Shown: positions 9,126 to 19,014 of the stretch, piece by piece
How the letters are laid out: the number at the start of each line of letters is the position of its first letter
How positions within the stretch are numbered: position 1 is the stretch's first letter
Source of the DNA: an uncultured Candidatus Saccharibacteria bacterium
GTDB taxonomy: Bacteria; Patescibacteriota; SOKK01
Reading direction: 5' to 3'
NCBI GenBank assembly: GCA_964518965.1
Contig: CAZFJP010000002.1
Span: forward strand, 7,795-71,794
Length of the DNA stretch: 64,000 nt
Notes under the pieces: model-generated
What the model was told of the DNA's origin: nothing
Database searches by the model: none
The model's input: the letters and a program-made list of their open reading frames with translations, nothing else
Program-made: the position numbers and the translations under genes

Positions 9126-10087
9126 AGCAAATTTAAATTACCTAGGCGTTTTTCAAACTCGGAGCGAACGTAATCACGACGATCATTGAAATGAAACTTG
9201 AGCATCTTGTCACTAATCACTACATCCTTACCTTGATAATGTTTGGGAGTAATCATCGCTAATTTTTTAATTCTTGCCAACTGTAGCAATTTCAAAAACT
9301 TATTTAAACCCCATCCTAAACCGAGATTTAAAATTGTCTCAGTAATTTTCTTGATGAACTTGATAAGCCAAAAGCTACCAATAACATCAACGTGCCGATC
9401 AAAAGCTGATGGGTATGCCGGCAAAAAATTTTTAATCCAAAGATTGGTCCCCAAGAAACGCTTATAAATTCCTTCATCAAAAAGCGGAATAAACTGTGCA
9501 ACCAAGTAAGGAAGATCAATGTCATAGGGTTTTTTCGCTACCCAAAACAAATTTAAACAATCATCAGTAACATAAAAACTCAAGCAAATCTTGCCTGCTT
9601 TATTTTTCCCATAGCGTTCCCTTAAACCAGCAATACCGACAACAAAATTAACAAGAAAACGAGTTAGCCAAAGATAACGACGATCAACAACAAGAAACAA
9701 ATCTATGTCACTCTTATAATTTACGTAATCAATGGCTAGACTGTTGCAAATCGCAATCAGACGAACAAAAGGAATCCAGGACAAAATTCTCAAAGCTCTT
9801 TTGGCAATCCTCCAGTAAGACAAAACATAGTTACTGTAATTTCTCAAGCGATTTTCCACCAACGAATTTTTCTGACTTAAAAAATAAAACCCTCTCTCCA
9901 TTTCTACTTTTCCCTCTTCTACTAATTGCTCCAAAACCTCACTAATGTCATCCAACTTTGCCTTTTGTTTTAGGAGATAACGCTGTAACTCTATTAAAGT
10001 GAGAGGAAAATGCAAAATATCAAAATAAGCTAAGGTAGCCAAAACAGACTGACGAAGATTAAATTGAGTACTTAAAAAATCAAGCAT
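9122..10087 (-). CDS. hypothetical protein, possible nucleotidyltransferase-fold (LicD-like?) enzyme; translationally coupled to the downstream ligase-like gene
   Basis: 321 aa; CNSLAIDY...KSDIDLFLVVD resembles a GS...DxD polymerase-beta/LicD motif; its stop overlaps the next gene's start (ATGA). Confidence 0.45.
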   Translation of the reverse strand: MLDFLSTQFNLRQSVLATLAYFDILHFPLTLIELQRYLLKQKAKLDDISEVLEQLVEEGKVEMERGFYFLSQKNSLVENRLRNYSNYVLSYWRIAKRALRILSWIPFVRLIAICNSLAIDYVNYKSDIDLFLVVDRRYLWLTRFLVNFVVGIAGLRERYGKNKAGKICLSFYVTDDCLNLFWVAKKPYDIDLPYLVAQFIPLFDEGIYKRFLGTNLWIKNFLPAYPSAFDRHVDVIGSFWLIKFIKKITETILNLGLGWGLNKFLKLLQLARIKKLAMITPKHYQGKDVVISDKMLKFHFNDRRDYVRSEFEKRLGNLNLL

Positions 10088-10212
10088 ATCTACTAATAAA
10101 ACGATTTTATTATAACATAGATTAGTTTTGATATTAGCTTATTTATGATAGAATAGAGTCAAGAAGACAAGATTTTTATTCTAAAACCAATTCCCATTTT
10201 ACATTTAACATT

Positions 10213-11187
10213 TTGATGCGTGTTGTTAGTGGTATCAAACCTAGTGGTCGCCCGCACTTAGGAAATTACCTTGGTGCAATGCGTCATCACATTGAGATGC
10301 AGGATCAATATAATGATCTTTTCTTTTTCGTTGCCAACTATCATGCTCTCACTACCCTTAAAGATCCCCAGGAACTAGTGCAAAACAGCCGAGACATCGT
10401 TTTAGACTATTTAGCACTAGGACTAGATCCCAAAAAAGCAACGATCTTTAAACAATCAGATGTACCCGAAGTAGCTGAATTAAGCTGGATTTTTTCCTGC
10501 TTAACACCAATGGGACTTTTGGAACGCGCTCATGCTTACAAAGATGCAAAAGCAAAGAACAAGAAAAATGTTAATCACGGTTTGTTTGCTTATCCGGTTT
10601 TGATGGCAGCGGATATCTTAATCTACCAAGGAAATTTAGTCCCGGTTGGCAAAGATCAAATCCAACACGTAGAAATCGCTCGAGAAATTTCACGCACTTT
10701 CAATCGTGTTTACGGTAAAACCTTTGTTGAACCTAAAGAGGTAGTCCACAAAGACACCCAAGTAATCCTCGGTACTGACTGTCGCAAAATGAGCAAGTCC
10801 TATAATAATACGATTGAAATTTTTTCCGCGCCGAAAGAGACTGAAAAGAAAGTAATGAGTATGATTACTGACGTCAAAAGAATTAAAATGACTGATCCTG
10901 GTCATCCCGATGAATGCAATGTTTTTCATCTCCACCAAATCTTTACTCCAAATAAAATCAAGGAAATTGAAAAAAATTGCAAATCGGCAAAACTCGGTTG
11001 TGTAGAATGCAAAAAAATATTAGCCGAATCAATTATTAAATATTTTGAACCATTCCGAAAGAAAAGAGAGAAATTGGCAAAGAAAAAGGGATTGGTAGAA
11101 AAGATGCTTGCTGAGGGAGCAAAGAAGGCAAAAGCAATTGCCCGAAAAACAATGGAAGAGGTGAGAAAAAAAACTGGAATTAGCTAG
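10213..11187 (+). CDS. trpS: tryptophanyl-tRNA synthetase
   Basis: 324 aa class-I aaRS with HLGN (HIGH-like) and KMSKS motifs; the size and sequence are TrpRS-like. Confidence 0.9.
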   Translation: MMRVVSGIKPSGRPHLGNYLGAMRHHIEMQDQYNDLFFFVANYHALTTLKDPQELVQNSRDIVLDYLALGLDPKKATIFKQSDVPEVAELSWIFSCLTPMGLLERAHAYKDAKAKNKKNVNHGLFAYPVLMAADILIYQGNLVPVGKDQIQHVEIAREISRTFNRVYGKTFVEPKEVVHKDTQVILGTDCRKMSKSYNNTIEIFSAPKETEKKVMSMITDVKRIKMTDPGHPDECNVFHLHQIFTPNKIKEIEKNCKSAKLGCVECKKILAESIIKYFEPFRKKREKLAKKKGLVEKMLAEGAKKAKAIARKTMEEVRKKTGIS

Positions 11188-11329
11188 GATCACTTATAAA
11201 ACAGGGTTCATTAAAAACACTGTTTTTTGATTGAATGAATTGATAAAATATGCTAAAGTAAGAGGTGTCCCAAAAAAGCAAGTTCCTTAAATTTATTTAA
11301 CCAATCTTAGGAACTGCGCCAGCCTAGGA

Positions 11330-11420
11330 TTGGAGGAGTGTCGGAGGAGTGTCAAAAGAGACTTGACCTCGCTTCCTCCCGGTGCTGGTAAACCAAGTTC
11401 TCCAAGACACTCCTCTGCTA
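11330..11420 (-). ncRNA. ffs: candidate signal recognition particle RNA (small bacterial 4.5S type)
   Basis: Minus strand reads GCAGAGGAGUGUC...CUUGGUUUACCAGCACC-GGGA-GGAAGCGAGGUCAAG...GACACUCCUCC, a ~90-nt hairpin whose apex matches the SRP domain-IV consensus (GUUUACCAG ... CC-GNRA-GGAAGC); the ends pair. Confidence 0.5.
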
Positions 11421-11581
11421 TTATTCTAACTACCTTTACTTCAGCGAAAACCAAATTTGAATTGAAAGGAGGAAAACTATTGAAAAATAAACATTCTCTT
11501 CCCCCACCAGTCTTATAAGGTTGGGGGTGAAGAACGGCGCGAAATAAACCACCTCCTAAAACCTTAAACCGGGAGAAAGCA

Positions 11582-11848
11582 ATGTGTCTTTATTCAAAAA
11601 ATGAGGTCGAATCCTGTTGCGAAAACAAAGGTCTCGACCTCTTATGGTACGACAGAGGAAAAAGAGGAGTGATCTCTGACAGTCTAAGAATCATCGGGAT
11701 TGTCCTGGAAGTGGAACGAGAGCGTGGAAGATTTCTCGTCTTCGCTCCACCAAACGGGAATGACCAGGCATTCATCGATCCTCTTAGGTTCACGTCAATC
11801 CCGATTGGCTACCATAGCCAAATACAGACCTATATCTCCTCCATATAA
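11582..11848 (+). CDS. hypothetical small protein (weak)
   Basis: 88-aa ORF with no recognisable motif; sits between the SRP RNA candidate and a strong terminator. Confidence 0.2.
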   Translation: MCLYSKNEVESCCENKGLDLLWYDRGKRGVISDSLRIIGIVLEVERERGRFLVFAPPNGNDQAFIDPLRFTSIPIGYHSQIQTYISSI

Positions 11849-11877
11849 TACTTCCCCAGTAAGTAGCTGAAGATTTA

Positions 11878-11913
11878 CACCCCGCGACCACTTTTCTGAC
11901 CGCGGGGTTTTTC
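11878..11913 (+). terminator. rho-independent terminator
   Basis: ACCCCGCG...CGCGGGGT hairpin followed by TTTTTCTTT. Confidence 0.75.
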
Positions 11914-12052
11914 TTTACCTCAGTCTATTTAAAAGCAAGAATCCCCTCGTATGAAGGGATTCTTTGTCCAAAACCGCTAAATCTGTTAAAATAAATTTGG
12001 CAAGGAAAAAGCAAGTTAGTAATTAGTAACTTGCATTGTTTGTTGTACTTAA

Positions 12053-12142
12053 GGAAAGGTGGCAGAGTGGTTGAATGCGCTCGCTTGGAGAGCGGGTATG
12101 CCCGCAAGGGCATCTCGGGTTCGAATCCCGACCTTTCCGCCA
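12053..12142 (+). tRNA. tRNA-Ser (anticodon GGA), type II with a long variable arm
   Basis: Acceptor GGAAAGG/CCTTTCC, anticodon loop TTGGAGA, variable hairpin GTATGCCCGCAAGGGCATC, CCA encoded. Confidence 0.8.
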
Positions 12143-12203
12143 AAAAATAAATTAAAAGTTAAAAATTAAAACTTAAAAAATCCATTATTTAGACTAACTC
12201 TCA

Positions 12204-13994
12204 ATGACTGTAGTTGACGACATCAAAGACCAATTGGATATTGTAGAAGTGATTTCGGAACATCTTACCTTGAAAAAGGCAGGGCGGAATTTTAAGGCAC
12301 TCTGCCCTTTTCACAATGAAAAAACTCCTTCCTTCATCGTCAATCCCGAGCGCCAAATCTGGCACTGCTTCGGATGTGGCAAAGGCGGTGACATCTTTGG
12401 CTTCATCAAAGAAATTGAAGGAGTAGAGTTCAAAGAAGCACTAAGAATCCTTGCTGACAAAGCCGGAATAGAATTACGGCCAGAAGACCCTGAAGTGAAA
12501 AACGCGCGCATCAGAATGGCAGAAATGAATGAACACGCGGCAAACTTTTTCCACTATCTCCTCTCGCAAAAAATCGGTCAACATGCTTATGATTATCTAA
12601 AGAAACGCCAGGTTTCTTTGGACACTATTAAAAAGTTTCGAATTGGTTATGCGCCAGATAGCTTTGATTCCTTACTTCGTTTCCTGCGCAAAAAAAATTA
12701 CCATGATGACGAGATTGTCCAGGCAGGACTTGCTACTCGCAATGAAGATGGTCAAATCTACGACAAGTTCCGTGCCCGTTTAATGTTTCCGATTAGAAAT
12801 CTGGAAAGTCAAACCATTGCCTTTGGCGGACGTACCCTCAAAGAAGACATCCCCAATATTCCCAAATATCTCAACTCTCCCCAAACTCTTATCTATAACA
12901 AGAGCAGCATTCTCTATAATCTTGATCAGGCTCGTAGTTATGTGCGCAAAACTAATTATTTTATCCTCGTTGAGGGTTACATGGATGTCATTGCCGTTTG
13001 GCAAGCAAAAGATTTTTCTGTGATTGCTTCCTCGGGTACTGCTCTAACTGAACAGCAACTAAATATCTTAAAACGTTACACTTCTAATCTTCTTTTCGCC
13101 TTTGATTCCGACACTGCCGGAAGCGAAGCAACTAAACGCGGGATTGAATTAGCATTATCAAAAGGATTCAATTTAAAAATAGTTGACTTAGGAAAATTCA
13201 AAGATCCGGATGAAATGATTAAAGAAAACCCTCTTCTCTGGAAAGAAGCAATCAAAAAAGCCCTTCCGGTAATTGAGTTCTTTTTCAAGAAGTCAATTCC
13301 CACTAAAACCAGATTTACCCCTGAAAATCAGAAAAAAATTAGTGCCGAAATTCTTCCTCTCCTTGCAAAACTCCAATCTCCTATTGATCAAGACCACTAC
13401 TTGCAAAAACTAGCAGTAAAATTGGATCTCGATACTAAGACAATTCAAACCGAGTTTAAAAATTACTTGCAAGAACGTGAGCAATATGCTAAAATTCAAG
13501 ATAGCCAAGCAAAAGATTTGAACAAAAATCGAGCTCAAATCACCTTGGGTGAGTTTTTAGTTGCTACTGCAATTTTGGAGCCGCGTTTTCAGAAAATCAT
13601 CTTCAAACAACTGAACGAAACTGATTTTCCAAACGAATCACTAATACAGAATATCTTTAAGATTGCTAACACGAAAAAGATCCTTCCCTTAAATACCCGG
13701 GATTTCCTCAAAGAATTAGATTATAATACCAAGAATAAACTAAACTTAATTCTGACTAAAGTAGAGATAGAAAATGAAAAATTGGCTTCCCCTCTTGATT
13801 CAAATAAAATTGAAGAATACATCCGTAAATGCAAACTACAAAAAATTAGACAACAAATTAAAAAATTACACCAAAATTTAAAAACTGCTGAAGAAAATCA
13901 TAACCAAGAACAAATCAAAAGATACACTCTTAAAATCAGCAATCTTACAAAAAAGATCTACGCCTTAGAAAATGATCGGGGTGTTAGATGTTAG
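12204..13994 (+). CDS. dnaG: DNA primase
   Basis: 596 aa with N-terminal CPFHNEKTPSF...CFGCG zinc-binding domain and a TOPRIM core. Confidence 0.9.
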   Translation: MTVVDDIKDQLDIVEVISEHLTLKKAGRNFKALCPFHNEKTPSFIVNPERQIWHCFGCGKGGDIFGFIKEIEGVEFKEALRILADKAGIELRPEDPEVKNARIRMAEMNEHAANFFHYLLSQKIGQHAYDYLKKRQVSLDTIKKFRIGYAPDSFDSLLRFLRKKNYHDDEIVQAGLATRNEDGQIYDKFRARLMFPIRNLESQTIAFGGRTLKEDIPNIPKYLNSPQTLIYNKSSILYNLDQARSYVRKTNYFILVEGYMDVIAVWQAKDFSVIASSGTALTEQQLNILKRYTSNLLFAFDSDTAGSEATKRGIELALSKGFNLKIVDLGKFKDPDEMIKENPLLWKEAIKKALPVIEFFFKKSIPTKTRFTPENQKKISAEILPLLAKLQSPIDQDHYLQKLAVKLDLDTKTIQTEFKNYLQEREQYAKIQDSQAKDLNKNRAQITLGEFLVATAILEPRFQKIIFKQLNETDFPNESLIQNIFKIANTKKILPLNTRDFLKELDYNTKNKLNLILTKVEIENEKLASPLDSNKIEEYIRKCKLQKIRQQIKKLHQNLKTAEENHNQEQIKRYTLKISNLTKKIYALENDRGVRC

Positions 13995-14024
13995 ATGTAA
14001 AATACCTAATCGCATACATCTGAC
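13982..14024. repeat. GTTAGATG tandem/hairpin repeat (family also at 55364-55440 and 62620-62692)
   Basis: GTGTTAGATGTTAGATGTAAAA...CATACATCTGAC forms an imperfect hairpin just after dnaG. Confidence 0.6.
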
Positions 14025-14060
14025 ACCTACTATCTCACGCTTCACATTTTTAAAAAACAA

Positions 14061-15167
14061 ATGGCAAAAAGACGCGAAAAGCATCAACCTAAAGTTTCTC
14101 CTGATTTAACCCCGCAGGAAAAACTCTTTCACCTCGGCAAGGAACGCGGTTTTGTTACCCAGCAGGAAATCCTCCAACTCATTCCCAACATTGAAGATCG
14201 TATTGAGGAAATTGATCAATTTCTGGGAAAACTTAATAAAGCTAAAATTAGAGTAATTGACGCTATTGACAAAATTATTCTGGAAACTTCCGCAACTCCT
14301 GATCAGGAAGAAAACACTAATATCACCGGGATTGATATTCTCGATAGCGCTAATGACTCAGTACAAATGTATTTGCGTGAAATTGGCAAAGTTTCTCTCC
14401 TTTCTAGTGAAGAAGAAATCAACTTGGCAAAAAGAATTGCTAAAGGAGAACAAGCAGCACGCAAACAACTAGTAGAGGCGAATCTCCGACTTGTCGTCAG
14501 TATCGCTAAGAACTATACTGGCCGTGGTCTATCACTACTTGATTTAATTCAAGAAGGAAACATTGGTCTTTTCCGTGCCGTGGAAAAGTTTGACTACACC
14601 CGCGGCTATAAATTTTCTACCTACGCTACTTGGTGGATTCGACAGGCGATCACCCGCGCAATTGCTGACCAGGCACGTACAATTCGTATCCCCGTCCATA
14701 TGGTAGAAACAATTAATAAACTAACCCAAGTTCAACGTAACCTTGTTCAGGAGTTAGGCCGCGAACCTACCGCTGAAGAAATTGCCTCCGAAATGGGTAT
14801 TCCCGCCGATAAAGTCCGCCAAATTATCAAAGTTTCCCAAGAAACTGTTTCTCTGGACACCCCTGTCGGCGATGAGGAAGATAGCAAACTTGGCGACTTT
14901 ATTGAAGACGAAGTTTCTCTTTCTCCTCAAGACCGCTCTAACTTAAACCTTCTTAAGGAGCATGTTTCAGAGATTGTTCAATATCTTTCCCCGCGAGAGC
15001 AAAAAATTGTCCGGATGCGCTTTGGCTTGGAAAACGGGCAAAGCCACACTTTAGAGGAAGTAGGAAAAGAATTCGGCGTGACTCGGGAACGCATCCGTCA
15101 AATTGAAGCAAAGGCACTAGAGAAAATTAGAAAACATCACCGCAGTACGGTTTTGGAAGGATATTAA
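14061..15167 (+). CDS. rpoD: RNA polymerase sigma-70 factor RpoD
   Basis: 368 aa with regions 1.2 to 4 ([28 protein letters not shown]). Confidence 0.95.
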   Translation: MAKRREKHQPKVSPDLTPQEKLFHLGKERGFVTQQEILQLIPNIEDRIEEIDQFLGKLNKAKIRVIDAIDKIILETSATPDQEENTNITGIDILDSANDSVQMYLREIGKVSLLSSEEEINLAKRIAKGEQAARKQLVEANLRLVVSIAKNYTGRGLSLLDLIQEGNIGLFRAVEKFDYTRGYKFSTYATWWIRQAITRAIADQARTIRIPVHMVETINKLTQVQRNLVQELGREPTAEEIASEMGIPADKVRQIIKVSQETVSLDTPVGDEEDSKLGDFIEDEVSLSPQDRSNLNLLKEHVSEIVQYLSPREQKIVRMRFGLENGQSHTLEEVGKEFGVTRERIRQIEAKALEKIRKHHRSTVLEGY

Positions 15168-15257
15168 AGCCAATTTTTACCCCTTGCGCTTTACCTTTTG
15201 CGTTTTGTATTTCTATTGTATAATAAATCTAGCTTAACAATATAACCAAAAATAATT

Positions 15258-15776
15258 ATGACGATACCAACGTGGGACCTTTTTATTATGCTGTTCTTCG
15301 CGATTGCTGTTGCTTATGGTTTTCTCTTGGGAAAAAATCGCATCGTGTTAACAATGCTCACAACTTACATCATGTTAGCAGTTGCCAACGAAGTAGGCGA
15401 CGCGTTACTCTCGGCAAACTTCATTTTCAAGACTGGTACTTCTACCTTCATTCTCAAAACTTCGGTCTTTCTAATCGCGGTGTTCCTGCTTGCAATTCTT
15501 TTCTCAAGCCGTAGTGCAATTTCCAAATACCTTGCTGGTAGCGATGAGAGCGGCAGTATGAGTTCTATCATTTTCACAATTATCTACAGTTTTCTCTCTG
15601 CTGGTCTAATTATCACTTCCATTATTTTCTTTATGACCCCAGAGGGACGCAATCAATTCTTTGCTCAATCTCATTGGGCAAAGGTAATGATGGATTTGAG
15701 AATCTGGTGGTTAATCTTACCATTGGTAGTATTAGTTTTTGAAAATTTCCGCCACGGGAATAGTGGAAACGAATAA
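15258..15776 (+). CDS. CvpA-like small membrane protein (tentative)
   Basis: 172 aa with four TM helices; the CvpA resemblance is weak. Confidence 0.4.
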   Translation: MTIPTWDLFIMLFFAIAVAYGFLLGKNRIVLTMLTTYIMLAVANEVGDALLSANFIFKTGTSTFILKTSVFLIAVFLLAILFSSRSAISKYLAGSDESGSMSSIIFTIIYSFLSAGLIITSIIFFMTPEGRNQFFAQSHWAKVMMDLRIWWLILPLVVLVFENFRHGNSGNE

Positions 15777-15881
15777 ACTACTTTAATCTCCAACTTTCGC
15801 GTCTAAGCTGCTTAAAAGGCAGTGTTAATATAGCTCTAATTTACATTCACAAGCGTTTTTGCTTAGAAGTCCCGAGGTGGA

Positions 15882-15912
15882 GTCCCGCCAGGCCGGCGGG
15901 ACAGGCTTTTTT
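15882..15912 (+). terminator. rho-independent terminator
   Basis: GTCCCGCCAGGCCGGCGGGAC hairpin followed by a T-run. Confidence 0.7.
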
Positions 15913-15995
15913 GATAAAATTGAGGAAAGAAATTTCACTTAAAAATCCTAGATTGAAATTAAAATTGCTTGTTTGTAACCTAAACCTACGCGCCT

Positions 15996-16071
15996 GGGTC
16001 GTTAGCTCAGTTGGTAGAGCACCTGCCTTTTAAGCAGGGTGTCACAGGTTCGATCCCTGTACGACCTACCA
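15996..16071 (+). tRNA. tRNA-Lys (anticodon TTT)
   Basis: Acceptor GGGTCGT/ACGACCT, anticodon loop CTTTTAA, encoded CCA. Confidence 0.85.
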
Positions 16072-16121
16072 AAAAACCTAAATGTAAAAATAATCTACGT
16101 TTTTTTATCTTACAGCTAGCT

Positions 16122-16460
16122 ATGAATCAAGATCAGATCGAGAAATTAATCGCAAGTATTCGAGCATTTTCAAAGTGCCCAACTTGTCAGGCACAGTATG
16201 AGGCAGGTCAAATTCAACTTATTGAAGAAACTGCCAACACTTGTCTTTTGGAAATGCATTGCAGTAAATGTAATACCAAGGCCCTAGGAACAGTTATAAT
16301 CCATGATTCCGATCTTAGCAATTCTCTTCCCTCAAAGAAATTTCCTTACAGTTTAATTAATAAAAATAAAGTAATTGAATTCAACCAGTTTTTGCAGAAA
16401 TTTGATGGCAATTTCGTTAAACTATTCAGCTCTCTAAAAAAAAGAAATGGAAACCATTGA
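16122..16460 (+). CDS. hypothetical zinc-ribbon protein (CPTC...CSKC)
   Basis: The track ORF 16011-16460 overlaps tRNA-Lys and is trimmed here to the Met at 16122; two CxxC pairs are present. Confidence 0.45.
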   Translation: MNQDQIEKLIASIRAFSKCPTCQAQYEAGQIQLIEETANTCLLEMHCSKCNTKALGTVIIHDSDLSNSLPSKKFPYSLINKNKVIEFNQFLQKFDGNFVKLFSSLKKRNGNH

Positions 16461-17193
16461 TCTTGCTGCGCAATTACGTAAATCAAAAGTAAAACCTCAG
16501 GCGATTCGCCGAAAGGGTTTAATTCCTGCGGTAATTTACGGACATGGAATCAAAAATCAACTTCTTGCAGTTAAAGCCAATGAGTTTAATCATATTTATC
16601 AAAAAGCAGGAGAAAGCCGTTTTGTTGACCTCACTATCGAAAAAGAAACCCCGGTTAAAGTTTTGATTCACGACACTCAAAAAGACCCCCTTTCTGGAAA
16701 TTATATTCATGTTGACTTCTACCAAATTCGCACTGATGAAAAGATTACCACCAAAGTTCCCTTAAAATTCACAGGGGTTTCTAAAGCAGCGAAAGAAGAA
16801 GAGGGAATTCTCGTAAAAAATATCGATGAACTAGAAGTCACCTGCCTGCCAAATAATTTAGTTTCCGAAATTGTTGTGGATATCTCACCCTTAAAAACTT
16901 TTGATGATGCAATTCACATTAAAGATTTAAAACTTCCTCAAGGAATTGAAATCAGCAACAATCCTGAAGAAGTAGTCGCAACAGTTACCCCACCCCGTAG
17001 CGAAGAAGAGCTAGAAGAACTAGAAAAAGAAGCAGAGGCAGATGTTGATCAAGTAGAAATCACCACTGAGAAGAAAGAAGAGAACGAAGATACCGAAGAA
17101 GGTAAAGAAAGCCCATCAACTATTGAAGCAGACAAAAAAGAAGCTCCCACAAAAGAAGAAAAGGAAAAAGAAGCAGTCAAGACCTCTCGTTAA
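16447..17193 (+). CDS. rplY: 50S ribosomal protein L25 / general stress protein Ctc, with an acidic C-terminal extension
   Basis: 248 aa; N-terminus LRKSKVKPQAIRRKGLIPAVIYGHG is L25-like; the tail is rich in E and K. Confidence 0.85.
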   Translation: METIDLAAQLRKSKVKPQAIRRKGLIPAVIYGHGIKNQLLAVKANEFNHIYQKAGESRFVDLTIEKETPVKVLIHDTQKDPLSGNYIHVDFYQIRTDEKITTKVPLKFTGVSKAAKEEEGILVKNIDELEVTCLPNNLVSEIVVDISPLKTFDDAIHIKDLKLPQGIEISNNPEEVVATVTPPRSEEELEELEKEAEADVDQVEITTEKKEENEDTEEGKESPSTIEADKKEAPTKEEKEKEAVKTSR

Positions 17194-17322
17194 AGTCTTT
17201 GCTCCTTGAGGAAAAGAAGCAATATCTAAAAAACCTGTCTCCACTAAAACCTCGGCTGGCAAAGCACCGAAATAACCTCTTTTCTTAAATCTATCTCTTA
17301 ATAGGCACCAAAAGGCGCCTAT

Positions 17323-18435
17323 TTGTTTCTCAAAATGACAACCACTGATTACTACCAAATTTTAGGCGTCTCCAGAAACGCTTCTATTGATGAAATTAAA
17401 AAGGCCTACCGCAAATTAGCTCATCTTTACCACCCCGACAAAAGCGGCGGAGATGAGAAAAAATTCAAAGAAATTAATGAGGCTTACCAGGTACTGTCTG
17501 ATCCACAAAAAAGACGACAGTATGATCAATTTGGTCAGGCAGGACCACAATTCAGCCAAGGATTTAGCGATTTTGGAGAACGGCAAGATTTCCAAAGTAC
17601 CAATTTTGACTTTGGTAATCTTCACTTTGATTTTGGTAGTTTTGGAGAGTTCGGTGATATTTTTGAATCAATGTTCGGTGGAAAAAGTCACACAGCAAAT
17701 TATGAGAAAAATCTCCGCGGTGAGGATTTGGAAATTGCATTGAAAATTGATCTAAAAGAAGCTGTGTTTGGTACAACAAAGGAGATTCGTTTAAAAAAAA
17801 GAGTCAGTTGCCCTGATTGTGGAGGAACAGGAATTGAGAAAGGATCCGGTAAGCAAAAATGTTCTCATTGCAAAGGACAGGGAACACTCCGCAAGGCTCG
17901 CCGTACTCTTTTCGGACAGTTTATCCAAGAAACAATTTGCCCAAATTGTAGTGGGCAAGGAGAAGTTCCCGAAAAACTTTGTCACAAGTGTCGAGGAAAA
18001 GGATTTGTCAAGGACACACCCACTCTTGCAATCAAAATTCCCAGAGGTATTGAAAATGGAACTATTTTAAGAATGCCAGGTGGCGGCAACGCCGGAGAAA
18101 AAGGCGGGGAAAGCGGAGATTTACTTGTCCATATAACAATAAATCCCCATCCCTACTTTGAACGCAAAGGTAATGACATCATAAGCAAATTACCGTTGAC
18201 TTTCAGCCAAGCAGCTTTAGGCGACACAGTAGAAACGGAAACTCTTTATGGTCGGGTGCGAGTAAAAATTCCTGCCGGTATCCAAAGCGGTGAGAAAATC
18301 CGCTTGAAGCATAAAGGAATCGAAAGTGAGAAAGGCAAAGGCGATCATTACTTAGAAACTGTTATTGTCACTCCCGAAGAACTTTCGCGAGAGGAGAAAG
18401 AGTTGTTTAAGCAGTTAAGAAATCTCGGGAAGTAA
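17323..18435 (+). CDS. dnaJ: molecular chaperone DnaJ
   Basis: J-domain with HPD, a G/F region, and four CxxCxGxG zinc-finger repeats. Confidence 0.9.
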   Translation: MFLKMTTTDYYQILGVSRNASIDEIKKAYRKLAHLYHPDKSGGDEKKFKEINEAYQVLSDPQKRRQYDQFGQAGPQFSQGFSDFGERQDFQSTNFDFGNLHFDFGSFGEFGDIFESMFGGKSHTANYEKNLRGEDLEIALKIDLKEAVFGTTKEIRLKKRVSCPDCGGTGIEKGSGKQKCSHCKGQGTLRKARRTLFGQFIQETICPNCSGQGEVPEKLCHKCRGKGFVKDTPTLAIKIPRGIENGTILRMPGGGNAGEKGGESGDLLVHITINPHPYFERKGNDIISKLPLTFSQAALGDTVETETLYGRVRVKIPAGIQSGEKIRLKHKGIESEKGKGDHYLETVIVTPEELSREEKELFKQLRNLGK

Positions 18436-18508
18436 TTAAGTCCAAATTACATCACTTAAAAACTACCACGAACCACAGATGGTGATAGTTTTTAAAAAGA
18501 AAAAGCCC

Positions 18509-18538
18509 GCTTCTGAAGCGGGCTAGTTAGTATTAGTA
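18509..18538. terminator. bidirectional rho-independent terminator
   Basis: AGCCCGCTTCTGAAGCGGGCT hairpin with A-run and T-run flanks. Confidence 0.7.
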
Positions 18539-18726
18539 AAGGTGAGCTCAGAAACAAGAACCACCCTCTGGCCAATGAGGGAATCAGAAAATTCCACAAG
18601 CGTCTCATGGCTTTCCTCTTGAGAGCCAAGCCATACATGCCCGGTTACGATAACACCCTGACCAAACTCTCGGTGGTAAACCTGCTTCCCCTTGGGATTT
18701 GCATTCCAGAACTCCTCAACTTGCAC
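18523..18726 (-). CDS. small Tudor/DUF3553-like protein (tentative); the longer overlapping ORFs in this interval look spurious or frameshifted
   Basis: GTG start with a GGAGGT SD; 67 aa ending ...QVYHREFGQGVIVTGHV...; resembles the C-terminal Tudor-like domain of UvrD-type helicases or DUF3553. Confidence 0.3.
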   Translation of the reverse strand: MQVEEFWNANPKGKQVYHREFGQGVIVTGHVWLGSQEESHETLVEFSDSLIGQRVVLVSELTFTNTN

Positions 18727-19014
18727 TGATCTACCTCCTTTAATTTCTCCGTGTTGGTGTCTCAATATAAACAACCATGTACTTGCCGGCATCAACCAGA
18801 TCAGATACCTCAAAGATAAGGTTATTATCGACAATCTGAACACAAAAGCCCAAAATGAAGGAAAAAGTTGGCTCGATATCCCGTGCTAATTCAACACAAT
18901 TATCTGGATACACTGCAGATCCTCCTCGCGTTACCAAACATTGCCGGGAAACCACTCATTGTTAATGAACAATGGATAATAGCTAAGAACTAATTAATAA
19001 TTAGCCACTAATCA

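Noticed and set aside
11430-11875. tmRNA (ssrA)
   Set aside because: Some tmRNA-like strings occur (GGGGGTGAAGAACGG, GGTCGAATCC, TGCGAAAACAAAGG), but no acceptor-stem pairing, no T-arm followed by CCA, and no convincing tag reading frame ending in ...AA-stop could be assembled.
16011-16121. N-terminal extension of the 16011-16460 ORF
   Set aside because: It overlaps tRNA-Lys(TTT) on the same strand, so the CDS was trimmed to the Met at 16122.
18523-18955. 106-aa and 71-aa overlapping minus-strand ORFs
   Set aside because: Their N-terminal parts have no protein-like character and overlap each other in different frames. Only the C-terminal ~67 aa (GTG start with SD) looks like a real small Tudor-like protein, and it is reported as such at low confidence.
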